Positions 1-11,049 of a stretch of DNA of 64,000 nt are shown here, piece after piece (position 1 is the stretch's first letter; each line of letters begins with the position of its first letter). The notes under the pieces were generated by a model. The model worked only from the letters and a program-made list of their open reading frames with translations. It was not told where the DNA came from and ran no database searches. Both the position numbers and the translations under genes were made by a program. Source of the DNA: Octopus vulgaris (taxonomy: Eukaryota); assembly GCA_951406725.2 (NCBI GenBank), contig OX597834.1:34038001-34102000 (forward strand), given 5' to 3'.

Positions 1-179
1 ACAACTGGTGTTGATGTGTTTACGGTCCCGTAACTTAGTCGTTCAGCAAGAGAGACCAACAGAATAAGTATTGGGCTTTAGCAATAAAATAAAACCTGGG
101 GTTGATTTGTTCAACTAAAACCCTTCAAGGAGGTGCTCCACCATGGCCACAGTCAAATAACTGAAACAAGTAAAAGAGT
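1..179 (+). mobile_element. SINE family B, 3' part (cut by window edge)
   Basis: Matches the 3' half of the full copy at 19347-19747, ending TGAAACAAGTAAAAGAG. Confidence 0.8.
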
Positions 180-884
180 AATATATATATATAGATATGT
201 GTGTGTGTGTGTAATGATATATACTAGTATAATTAGCATATGCGCCCATGTTCTTTTTGGGGGTGGGGTACTCATGCTAACATGTATAAATCTCTGTGTT
301 GAGTTACGTCCCTTAATATCCAATCTGTAACTTAACAGTTCAATAAATGGAAATCGTTAAAATAAGGTAAAGATAATAATCAATATGTTCAAAGGTTCAT
401 TAAAAGAAATGCATAAGGCTGTCAAGGCAGTGCTCCAGCATGGACGTGATCCAATGACTGAAACCAGTAAAAGAAAAACTTCTCATGAAAAATAAAGACT
501 TTAAATTAGAGAAAACGTATTTAATTTTGTTATATTTTTTTATGATTTCCGACAAGGATTGTAAGGGAGGTAACCCTGGATAGCTTCATTGCAACTGAGC
601 TTCAATCTCTAAATGATTCCAAATGTTTCTTTTATTCGTTTCAGTAATTGACCTGAGGCCATACTGGAGCACCACTACCCCCCATGAAATTTTTTTTCTT
701 TTATAAGGGTGTATAAGTAATTTAAATTGACCCTTCCAATGCCACCCTAACCAGTACTCAGCGCTGGATTAACCATTAAACAAAATGAGCATATACTTAG
801 GGCATCAGGAGAAGGGAACACCACAGAAATGGTAAATGGTTTATGGCACAAAAGAAATCACTATACATTTGCTAAAATGATACT

Positions 885-1163
885 CCGTTAGCACGCTGGG
901 AAAATGTTCAGCGGTATTTTGCTCATCTTTACATTCTAAGTTCAAACGCTGCTGAAGGCAGCAAGCTGGCAGAATTGTTAGCATGCAGACCAAAATACTG
1001 TTAAGCATTTCTCCTATCTTTACATTCTGAGTTCAAATTCCACCGAGGTCAACTTTACCTTTCATCCTTTTGGGGTCAATAAAATAAGTACTAGCTGAAC
1101 AGTGGGATCAATATAATCAACTTAACCCTCAATCAAAATTGCTGGCTTTTTACCAAGATGTAA

Positions 1164-1165
<2 letters not shown>
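885..1165 (+). mobile_element. SINE family A, one partial plus one full copy, followed by (ATT)n
   Basis: Head GGCAGCAAGCTGGCAGAATTGTTAGC, B-box-like GAGTTCAAATTCC, core CCTTTCATCCTTTTGGGGTCAATAAAATAAGTAC. Confidence 0.8.
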
Positions 1166-1208
<43 letters not shown>

Positions 1209-1375
1209 CATTATTATAATTATATACACTCAACGCATTAGACTGTTGGAAAAGAAAAGAATCCTAAAATTAAGCTATGACAAGTAGCCTTAGATGCCAA
1301 GAACCCTCTTAACCCTAATAACACTGTTTTCTGCAACTGTACTAAACTAGGTTTTATACCTATTTCCTTTATCCA

Positions 1376-1606
1376 GGCGGTGAGCTGGCAGAAATGTTAG
1401 CACACCGGGCGAAATGCTTAGTGGTATTTCGTCTGCCGTTACGTTCCGAGTTCAAATTCCGCCGAGGTCGACTTTGCCTTTCATCCTTCTGGGGTCAATA
1501 AATTAAGTACCAGTTACGCACTGGGGTCGATGTAATCAACTTAATCTGTTTGTCTGTCCTTGTTTGTCTCCTCTGTGTTTAGCCCCTTGTGGGTAGTAAA
1601 GAAATA
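1376..1606 (+). mobile_element. SINE family A, young full-length copy with 15-bp target-site duplication
   Basis: Perfect direct repeat TATTTCCTTTATCCA at 1361-1375 and 1607-1621; CpG-rich body; B-box-like GAGTTCAAATTCC. Confidence 0.92.
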
Positions 1607-1642
1607 TATTTCCTTTATCCATCTGTTCAGATCTTTAGGGTA

Positions 1643-1694
<52 letters not shown>

Positions 1695-1698
1695 CATC

Positions 1699-1885
1699 AA
1701 GGCAGTGATCTGGCAGAATTGTGATCATGCTGGACAAAATACTTAACCATGTTTTTTCTAGCTTTACAATCTGAGTTCAAAATGCCACCAGGGTGAACTT
1801 AGCCATTCATCCTTTTGCGGGGTCAATAAAAGAGGCACTAGTTGAGCAGTGGGGGGTGATGTAATTGACCACCCCTCTCCCCGAT
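1699..1885 (+). mobile_element. SINE family A, diverged
   Basis: Same head and core, preceded by (ATT)n. Confidence 0.75.
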
Positions 1886-2191
1886 GAGCCAGAGGGCTGC
1901 ACCAAACTCCACCGTCTGCCTTGGCATGGTTTCTGCAGCTGAATGTCGAGGACAGAGCAAAAATGGGTCTAAGCTGGAGGTTGAGGAGTAGCGGACAGAG
2001 AACTGATGGTGATTGATGAGGGGGCAGAGGAGCAGAGTCAGTAATAGTATTAGTGGTACATATGAGGGGGGGAGACAGAAAGAGGAGGGGGGGCAGACAG
2101 GCAGACTGACGGACAGTCAGACAGAATGATTACAAGGTATCAGTAAATGAAAGCATGACTACAAGGCAAATAGCTGTCTCTGATACTCTAT

Positions 2192-3025
2192 AGTGTGTGT
2201 GTGTGTGTGTGTGTGTGTGGCGGTATGGTAATGTATGCGTATGTGTATGGTAGTGTATGTATGACTGTATATGGCAATGTGTGTATGGCAGTTATCTATA
2301 TTTGTATTATATGTGCATGGCTGTGTACATGTGTATATATGTGTGTAGTACACTAATGCATATGCATGTATATGGTTGCGTATGTGTATATGTGTATGCG
2401 TGCGTGCATAGTTATATGAGTATGGTTATGTGTATGTGCGCAAATTATTATGAGTGTGTGCACTTAGTAGTGTGTGTGTGTGTGTGTGTGTGTGCATGAT
2501 TGTGTGTGTGCATGATTGTGTGTGTGTGCATGATTGTGTGTGTGCATGATTGTGTGTATGTGCATGATTGTGTGTGTGTGCATGATTGTGTGTATGTGCA
2601 TGATTGTGTGTGTGTGCATGATTGTGTGTATGTGCATGATTGTGTGTGTGTGCATGATTGTGTGTGTGTGTGTGTGTGTGTATGCAGATGTATGTCATGT
2701 GTGTCTGTGTATACAGGTTAGGTGTCCAAATGTATGATTGTTTATATATGTGTATACGTGTGTGTGTGTGTGTGTATGGGCTAGGCATTCAAATGTATGG
2801 CTGTTTATATATGTTTATACTTGGATATGTGTGTGTGTGTGTGGTTATGTGTATATGCATTTATTAGCATGGGTGTATGTAAATTTCAATTTAAATGTTT
2901 AGTTGTCTGTTCATATGTTTACATTAGTGCATACGTATGGTAGTGTATGTATAAGTGTATGAATTGAGGATGGCTGTGCAAGTATGGTTGTATATATTCA
3001 TATTACATGCACATGGTTGTGTGTA
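2192..3025. repeat. (TG/TA)-rich low-complexity block including a 16-18 bp tandem array at 2492-2660
   Basis: Ten units of GTGCATGATTGTGTGT(RT) inside (GT)n. Confidence 0.9.
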
Positions 3026-3026
3026 G

Positions 3027-3383
3027 TGAAGGAACATTGTTCACTGGTTAGAGCAACAGGCTCACAATCATGAGGTTGTGAGTTCAAATCCTGGACTGGG
3101 CTACGTGTTGTGTTCTTGAGCAAGACACTTTATTTTCACGTTGCTCCAGTTCACTGAGATGTAGAAATGAGTTGCAATGTCGCTGGTACCAAGCCTGTAT
3201 TGGCCCCTTTGCCTTTCCCTTGGATAACATCAGTGGCATGGAGAGGGGAGGCTGGTATGCATGGGCGACTGTTGGTCATCCATAAACAACCTTGCCGGGA
3301 CTTGTGCCTCAAAGAGGAACTTTCTAGGCACAATCCCATGGTCATTCATGACCATGACCAAAAAGGGTCTTTACCCTTTACCT
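3027..3383 (+). mobile_element. SINE family D (tRNA-like head, CORE-like central segment)
   Basis: TGAAGG...TGGTTAGAGC...GAGTTCAAATCC head, then TTGAGCAAGACACTTTATTTTCACGTTGCTCC shared with 62625-62977; ends TTTACCCTTTACC. Confidence 0.75.
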
Positions 3384-3789
3384 ATGGCCGTCTATAAGTG
3401 TATATATGTGTTTGTGTGTGTGTGGAGGGCCATAGGTGACTTAATATATGTTTGTTTATATGTGTGTGTGTGTGTATATATATTTATGCATGAGTATATG
3501 AAGATATGGTCGTGTATATATGTATGTCTGCATGCATATGTATAAGCCTAACTCTTTATATACATGTACACGCTTGTATATATGTTTATGCGTTTAAATG
3601 TGTCTGTGGTTGTGTGTGTGTGTGTGTACATGCACTATTCCTTGAGTGTGGACACTTGTCTACTGTGACCCCTTCACTTCCTTCTACCTATACATTCGCA
3701 CAAATGTATTTATTTGGTAATGGTTCCAGAGATGATGGGAGTGGGCCTTGTCATGGTTTAGCAGTCACAGTTATGGAAGGGAGGCATAA

Positions 3790-4743
3790 TCATAGTGGTG
3801 GTGGTGGTGGTGGTGGTGGTGGTAATAGTGTTGGATGATAGTATAAGTTGTGGTGGAGGTGGTGGTAGTGGTGGTGGTAGTGATGGTGGTGGTGGTGGTG
3901 GTAATGATGGTGTTAGGGACAATAGTCACGGTGGTGGTGGTGGTGGTGGAGGTGGAGGTAGTACTGAGGGTTTGCAACCATGGGTGGTTAGATGTTAGGA
4001 GTTGTTAGTCACGGTGGTAGTAGGGTGGGCGATGGTGATGGAGTTGCTGGTCATAATAGTAGTAGTAGTAGTAATGGTGATGCTTAAGGGACCTTCATCA
4101 TGATTGTGGTGGCCAAAAAGAGACTTAGTGGGGGCCAGTGATGGGGATGGCAAACACTAATAATTATAATAATAATAATAATAATAATTTGTATTATTTA
4201 TAACTTCTGGTGGTGGTGGTGGTGGTGGTGGTGATGACAATGATGGGGGAGGTAGCAATGGTGGTCGTATTTGTGGCAACAACAACAATAGCAAAGCTAG
4301 TGATGATGGTGTTGATGATGATGACAATGTTGATTTTAATAATAGTAATAATATTAATAGTGATGGCAGGGACTCTACTGGCAGTTTTAATCCCAGTGGT
4401 GGTGGTGGTGGTGGTGATGGTGGCAGCGGTTGTGGTGGTGGCAGTGGTGAATGTGGTAGTGGTGGTGGTGGTGGCAGTGGTCATCTTCGTTGTTGTCATC
4501 ATCACCATGGTGGTGGCAGCGGCAGTGGAGTTGGTAGCAGAGACGATGATGATGATGATGATGGCAATTTTAATAATAATTGATGGTGACGGTGATGATG
4601 AAGGGGGGGAGGAGCAGTTTTAATAGCAATAGTAGTGGTGATGGTGATGGTGGTGGTGGTGACTGGTGGCGCTGGCAGTGGTCACAGCAGCTGCAGCAAC
4701 AGCAGCAGCAACAACAGCAAACAGTAATAGAATCAGCAGCAAC

Positions 4744-4797
<54 letters not shown>

Positions 4798-4813
4798 GGT
4801 GGTGGTGGTGGTG

Positions 4814-4879
<66 letters not shown>

Positions 4880-4880
4880 T
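3790..4880. repeat. Trinucleotide low-complexity block (GGT, GAT, TAG, CAG)
   Basis: Includes a compound (GTA)n(GTG)n(GTA)n tract at about 4745-4878. Confidence 0.9.
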
Positions 4881-5265
4881 TGGCAATGGTTCTAAAAGAC
4901 TCATCTCATCCACTTCAAGAGAATTAGATAAATGCCAGCTGAGAATAACATTTTGATAATTCAACCATACAGACATTTCATTTAATTTTCATTGATTTTT
5001 AGCTTCTTTTTTTTTTTTTATTATTTTCGAGTTTATTTTTACTTTTTTAATTTTAAATTTATTGTTTTTACATTTTTTTCTCCTTTACGTTTGTCTAAAA
5101 ATAAATATAAAAATGAAATAAATAAAAATATATAGAATTTAAATGAAGGAGAGGGAGAGGGAGAGGGTGAGGGTGGGGAGGGATGTAAAAAAAAATGGGT
5201 TTAGTTTTATAAATTAAAAGGTTGTTTCAAACTAAGAGTATGTTACACCAAATATATACACACAT

Positions 5266-5726
5266 GTCGTTTAACGTCTGCTTTCCATGCTGGCATGGGT
5301 TGGACGATTTGACTGAGGACTGGCAAACCAGATGGCTGCACCAGGCTCCAGTCTTGATCTGGCAGAGTTTCTACAGCTGGATGCCCTTCCTAACGCCAAA
5401 CACTCCGAGAGTGTGGTGGGTGCTTTTACATGCCACCGGCACGAGGGCCAGTCAGGTGGTACTAGCAACAGCCATGCACAAATTTGTTTTTTTACATGCC
5501 ATCTGCACAGGAGCCAGTCCAGCGTCACTGGCAATGACCTCGCTCGAATGTCTTTTTACGTGCCACCAGCACAAGTGCCAGTAAGGTGACGCTGGTAAAG
5601 ATCACGCTCGAATGGTGCTTTTTACGTGCCACTGACACAGAAGCCAGTTAGCCGCTCTAGCAAGATCACGCTCGGATGGTGCTCTTAGCGCTCCACTAGC
5701 ATGGATGCCAGTCATCGAATTTGATT

Positions 5727-5730
<4 letters not shown>
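5266..5730 (-). mobile_element. Family C retroposon, long form with internal subrepeats
   Basis: Colinear with 57368-57843; GTGCTTTTTACGTGCCAC-type motif repeated; 3' end GGAAAGCAGACGTTAAACGA on minus strand. Confidence 0.85.
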
Positions 5731-5758
<28 letters not shown>

Positions 5759-5760
<2 letters not shown>

Positions 5761-5865
5761 CACAAGCATAGCTGTGTGGTTAAAAGTTTGCTTTCAACCA
5801 CATGGTTCCAAGTTCAGTCCCATTACATGGCACCTTGGACAAGTGTCATTAACTATAACCTCAAT
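5759..5865 (+). mobile_element. SINE family B, head only
   Basis: TAGCTGTGTGGTTAA...GTTCAGTCCC...GGCACCTTGGACAAGTGTC. Confidence 0.75.
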
Positions 5866-5872
5866 AACCCCA

Positions 5873-5985
5873 AGGATTAGGGATAGAATTAGACTAGATG
5901 GGATATAGTTTGGTTTTGTGCTAGGGAGGAGTACTGCAAATGCCATCTTCCTGGTGAGACTGCTGCTGGAGAAGTATCTAGAAAG
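5873..5985 (+). pseudogene. RTE-type LINE reverse transcriptase fragment
   Basis: Translates RIRDRIRLDGI*FGFVLGRSTANAIFLVRLLLEKYL, matching the QxGFxxGRSTxDAIF RT motif, with a stop at the Q position. Confidence 0.8.
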
Positions 5986-6089
5986 TTACAGAGAGAGAGT
6001 CATAACTCTCTCTTTCTAACTTTCATTATCTGGTCTAACAGCTTGATACCTAGAATTGTTTCCAACTAAGGCAGATGTTGGTGAAATGA

Positions 6090-6394
6090 GGTAAATTACC
6101 CCAGGTGGGGTAAAAATGAAATTCTTGTGGGTAATGAGGACTCATTAGATATAAGTAAAATTACATAAAAACGAGTTCCTTCTTACAACAGAAATTTTTC
6201 TTCTGGCAACACTGCATCTGTCCAATGTAATGGATGTGCACATAGATTCATATAAATAGATTCAGTAAAATAGATTTAATAAACCTTTTAAATTCAAAGA
6301 ATCTATAATTTTCTTCCTTCCAAATTAAGAGGGTAACGTTGGCATAAATAAATATATTTTGGGGTAATTGGTTAAAGAAGTTCCCCAACCCCTG
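6090..6394 (+). mobile_element. hAT-type MITE, left end missing
   Basis: Direct copy of 6605-6929; right end GTTCCCCAACCCCTG followed by ATCTAGAC. Confidence 0.75.
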
Positions 6395-6604
6395 ATCTAG
6401 ACTGTTTCACATAAAACAGATAAAATATTTGAGTCTAATATGGCCGGTTTATATGTTAATCCTTTAACTTACGGATTATTTTATCAAATGTATTGCTTAT
6501 TTATTCACATTGTTTTGAATTCTCGTAGCTCTGAGATTTTGATGATGTGATTGCTTATTTTTAGAATGACAATGTAGCATAGGCTTGAGAGGCCAGTTCT
6601 GGAC

Positions 6605-6929
6605 CAGGAGTCAGTGAACCAGGGTAAATTACCCCAAGTGGGGTAAAAATTGAAATTCTTGTGGGTAATGAGGATGCATAAGACGTAAGTAAAATTATAT
6701 TAAAAACGTGTTCCTTGTTACAACAGAAATTTTTCTTCTGGCAACACTGCATTTGTCCAATATAATGGACGTGTACATAGATTCATAAAAATAGATTAAA
6801 TAAAATAGATTCAATAAACCTTTTGAATTCAAAGAATCTATGATTTTGTTCTTTTCAAATCAAGGATGTAATGTTGGCATAAATAAATATATTTGGGGGT
6901 AATTGGTTAAAAAAGTTCCCCGACCCCTG
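6605..6929 (+). mobile_element. hAT (Charlie-like) MITE
   Basis: Imperfect 15-bp TIRs CAGGAGTCAGTGAAC and GTTCCCCGACCCCTG (12 of 15 match); flanks resemble the nTCTAGAn target. Confidence 0.75.
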
Positions 6930-7200
6930 ATCTAAGGCATCTCCTTTACCCTTGTACAAGCAGACTGTAATGTTGCTACACCTGTCATTAGGTATGGTAT
7001 CTTCCTGTACCACCTGATTGGCTATACAGGTGACTAGGCCTTACCCTACTCTGTCAGATATCTTCAGCATCTCAGCAGTGATGCCTGATGGTCCAGGAGC
7101 TTTCCCTGTTTTCATATCCTTAGTTATCTACAAACCCTGATGGCTGGTCCTTCAATTGGGTCCATACTAGGAAGAGTCCCCTTCTCCCATGCATTCTTCC
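6930..7200 (-). pseudogene. RTE-type LINE fragment, region at the start of the RT domain
   Basis: Translates KDMKTGKAPGPSGITAEMLKIS...IPNDRCSNITVCLYKGKGDALD, matching the KAPGxDGI and LYKGKGD motifs. Confidence 0.85.
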
Positions 7201-7214
7201 TATTTAAGTAAAAA

Positions 7215-7295
7215 GCACAAGTGGCACATAGTGGGATTGAACCTAAGACCATGTGGTTGAGAAGCAAGCTTCTTAACCACACAGCCACGTCTGCA
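7215..7295 (-). mobile_element. SINE family B, head only
   Basis: Reverse complement of the family B head. Confidence 0.7.
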
Positions 7296-7449
7296 TGGAT
7301 ATAGGTAATTTAGGTGGAGGGAGGAAGGGTGATGAACCGAGTGACATACATAAGAAATATGCTAAGGGAATTGAAATTCAATTCTTAATTGAAGAATCAT
7401 AAGTGTGGGGTTGTGGGAGGTGGTGGTGGTGGGGATGTTAATTGCTGAT

Positions 7450-8015
7450 CTGATCATAAAACGGAGCAAACAAGAGAGGAAGGAGAGCTTAGGAGAGTGG
7501 ATGGAGAGGAATAGGGAGGGAGAGAGAGAGATTAGTGAGAAAGTAAATGGAGCAAAATAAGTAGGGAGAGAGAATGTGGACAGCAAAGGAGGGGAAGAGA
7601 AGTAGTGGTGGAAGAAATTGATAGGCATAGAGAGATGGGGTGGGGGAGATAGGCAAAGGGAAAAAGAGGGAGAGAAAGGGAGGAGGAGAGAGATAGAGAG
7701 TAAGGAAATGGCAGAGTTAAGTAGGAAGGAAGATGTAAGAAAGCTGACAGATGGATGTTGAAGGTGGTTAAAACAAAAAGGAGACGGAATGGAGGTGGTA
7801 GTTGTGGTGGTGGTGGTGGTGGTAATGACGAAGATGATGATGATGACGATAATGATGATGACGATAATGATGATGATGATGATAACGATGATGATGAGGA
7901 GAAAGATAACGATAACAATGATGATGATGATGATGATGACGATAACAATGATGATGATGGTGATGATGACAAGGAGGAGGAGGAGGAGGATGACAACGAC
8001 GACGACAACGACGAC
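7450..8015. repeat. GA-rich and (GAT)n low-complexity sequence
   Basis: Direct inspection. Confidence 0.85.
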
Positions 8016-8396
8016 GTAAAGCAGTCTGCCATGAAACACATTGCCAAGTTGATGTTTGGAACACTTCAGTTTCTAACCCTTGTGTTGGCACCCACCGATG
8101 TTAGGACACACACACACACACACAGAGTAATGGTGAATATAGAATATAGATTTATATAAGGCTTTCTGTCTCATTAGCACCATGAGAAACTTAATAATTC
8201 ACAAAGTAGTGGTGGTGGGGGGTTTGGTGGTGGTAGCATATAGATGAGGCTGGGAAGTGCAAATGATGGTGCGATGGTGTTGGTGGGGTGATGGGGAGCA
8301 AATAGTAATGATAGCATAGTTGGCAGTGGTGGTGGTGATAGTAGTGGTGATGTCAAAGGTGAGAGTAGTAGTTGCAGGAGTTAAAAATGGCAAGGA

Positions 8397-8439
<43 letters not shown>

Positions 8440-8442
<3 letters not shown>

Positions 8443-8885
8443 TCTACTAAAAGCACAAGGCCTGAAATTTTGGGGGAGGAGCCTAGTCGAATACATTAAC
8501 TCCAGTGTTTCACTGGTACTTAATCTGTTGATCCCAAAAGGATAAAAGGTAAAGTCAACCTCAGCAGAATTTGAACTCAGAATGTAAAGACAGATGAAAT
8601 GCTGCTTAGCACTTAACCTGGTGTGATAATGATTGTGCCAGCACACCACCTTAATAATAATAATAATGATGATGATGATGATAATAATGGTTTCAAATTT
8701 TGGCACCCAGCCAGTAATTTTGGTGAGAGGAGCTAAGTCGGTTCCATTGACCCTAGTACTCAACTGACGCTGAAAGATGAACGGCAAAGTTGACCTTGGT
8801 GGAATTTGAACTCAGAATGTAGCGGTGGGCAAAATTATGTTACATTTTGCCCAGCGTACTAACAATTCTGCCAGCTCACTGCCTT
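8440..8885 (-). mobile_element. Two tandem family A SINEs (about 8440-8652 and 8689-8885) separated by (AAT)n
   Basis: Each has GAAAGGATGAAAGGCAAAGT...GAATTTGAACTCAGAA-like sequence on the plus strand. Confidence 0.85.
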
Positions 8886-8921
8886 AATAATAATAATAAT
8901 AATGATAATGATAAATAAATA

Positions 8922-9473
8922 AATGCCCTGATGCTATACCAACCAGTGGTTCTCGTGGCTTCTGAATCTTAACTGATTGGAAGCGTTATCATTGTTTTGT
9001 CCTGGTAAAAAAGACAGGCTACAGCAAATATTCAGCTCAATACCACAGATTTGCTTATCAATTGTTTGACTGTAACCAGTTGAGCATGTCCCTTCGTGGC
9101 TGATGATATGTGCATCTCTGATCATGAGCAGAAGTAGTGAAGGAGCATCATAGCCATGTGTTGAGAGGAATTCTGTGGGGTTGGAATAATTCACCTCTGG
9201 AAACATTGGTGTTTCGTTCAACATCCTTAAACAACCCTTATTCAGGGACCTTTTGAGTGGGATGAACTACTCGACCTGAAGGAAATCCTAACTGGGTCCC
9301 ACCTGCAAGGTCAAGCACTGTTCATCTTGATATGAGATCACCATGTCGCACACATATAGTTGTGATGCATGTGCCTGGTGTACCCTTATCAGACGGATAG
9401 TCATGATGGGTACATTGGGCTTCGTATATTTTACCGCAGTGTCACTTTCATGGTATGCACTGCTCTCTCACTC
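8922..9473. other. Unclassified 550-bp non-coding segment between AAT-type runs, probable interspersed element
   Basis: Complex, more GC-rich sequence sharply bounded by AAT-like repeats; single copy in this window; no protein motif seen. Confidence 0.4.
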
Positions 9474-9557
9474 AATAACAATACTACTACTACTAATAGT
9501 AATAATAATTCTTTCTACTAAAAGTACAAGGCCTGAAATGATGATGATGATGATGAT

Positions 9558-9838
9558 GAAGACAGACGATGAGAAAATCAGGAAGTACTAAGACCTCACA
9601 TTGAAAGTGAAAGGAATCCAGAGTCTCAAAAGTGAGTGGCACCTATTGTGGTTGGTGCATTTGGAACCATCTCAAAGAAAGCAATATTCTGGCAACAAAA
9701 GCTGCAAATAGCAAACTTCATAGGAAGCACTCAGTTGGCAGCAGTTCTTGGAACAGCTTATGTGTTGAGAAAAGTGTTGCGTCTCTAAGCTGCAGGATGG
9801 AGCTGGGACATAACAGACAAAACAGAAGTTAAGTGGAT
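9558..9838 (+). pseudogene. R4/Dong-type (REL endonuclease) LINE, extreme 3' fragment
   Basis: EKIRKY*DL...VAPIVVGAFGTISK...QLAAVLGTAYVLRKVLRL* (stop 9786-9788), short UTR, then (TAA)n. Confidence 0.75.
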
Positions 9839-9839
9839 A

Positions 9840-9896
<57 letters not shown>

Positions 9897-9931
9897 TTCT
9901 TTTAATTTCTTTAAAATAATAAATAGTAATA

Positions 9932-10545
9932 ATGGTTTCAAATTTTGGCACAGGGCCAAGAGTCTGAGGGGAGGAGAAGTTGGTTACATCGGCCTCAGTA
10001 CTTGACTGATACTTATTTTATCGACCCCAAAAGGATGAAGGGCAAAACTGACCCCAGTAGAAGTTGAACTCAGAACATCAAGACAGACAGATCACTGCTA
10101 AGCATTTTGTCTGGCGTGCTAATGATTCTGCCAGCTCACTGCCCTTAATAATCCCTTTTTGTTATAGGTGCAAGGCATGAAATTTTGGAAGAGGCAGCTA
10201 GTTGATTACATTGACCTCAGTACTCAACTGGTACTTATTTTATTGACCCCGAAAGGATGAGAAATAAAAGTCAACCTCAGTGGAATTTGAACTTGGGACA
10301 TTAAGACAGGTGAAATGCTGCTAAGCATTCTGTTTGTCATACTAACGATTCTGCCAAACTTGCAACCTTGATAATAATAATCAGTATTTTATTGCCAGCA
10401 AAGTGACAAATAGATGATAATGATGAATTTACTAATTATGGCACAAGGCCGGCAATTTTAAGAGGGAAGAGGGGTTCTTTGATTACATCAATTCCAGTGT
10501 TTTAGTATTTCATCAATCCTGAAAGAAGGAAAGGCAAAGTTGGGA
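9932..10545 (-). mobile_element. Chain of family A SINEs (about 9932-10146, 10152-10368, partial 10440-10545)
   Basis: Repeated family A core and heads in the same orientation. Confidence 0.8.
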
Positions 10546-10729
10546 CTAACAATTTTGAAGGAGTGGAGTTCGTTGATGTATCATTGACACTCAGTCAATA
10601 TATTGAGTTCTACATCAATGTCTGCACTGTATAAAAAAATATTCCTTTTTATATATTTTCCAATGCTTACGTTACGGTGTGTGTGTGTGTAAAAGTGATA
10701 AATCCCAGCTGTTTCTTCTTCATCTTTAA

Positions 10730-10949
10730 CCCTTTTGTTACCAACCCGGCTGAAACCGGCTCTGGCTCTGAGTACAAAAGTCTTGTTTTTATAAGTTTTG
10801 AATTATAATCTTCCACCAAACCTTAGTCACAATTTATGTTCCTAACACTAGCTGAATGATTACTAAGTCATTTTACTAAATTCTTTGTTATATTTAAAGT
10901 AATTGAAAGAAACACAGAGCATCTCAACAGAAATACAGTAACGAAAGGG
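10730..10949 (+). mobile_element. piggyBac-type MITE, complete, 220 bp
   Basis: TTAA at 10726-10729 and 10950-10953; TIRs CCCTTTTGTTAC and GTAACGAAAGGG (11 of 12 match); three more copies in the window. Confidence 0.92.
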
Positions 10950-11049
10950 TTAAGGTAATTCAGTTAATAAAACCAGTTTACATATTTCTTTTGCATTCTC
11001 TATTTTATAATTGTCATTTTACTTGTAACTACACCTTTTCTGTTTTAAA

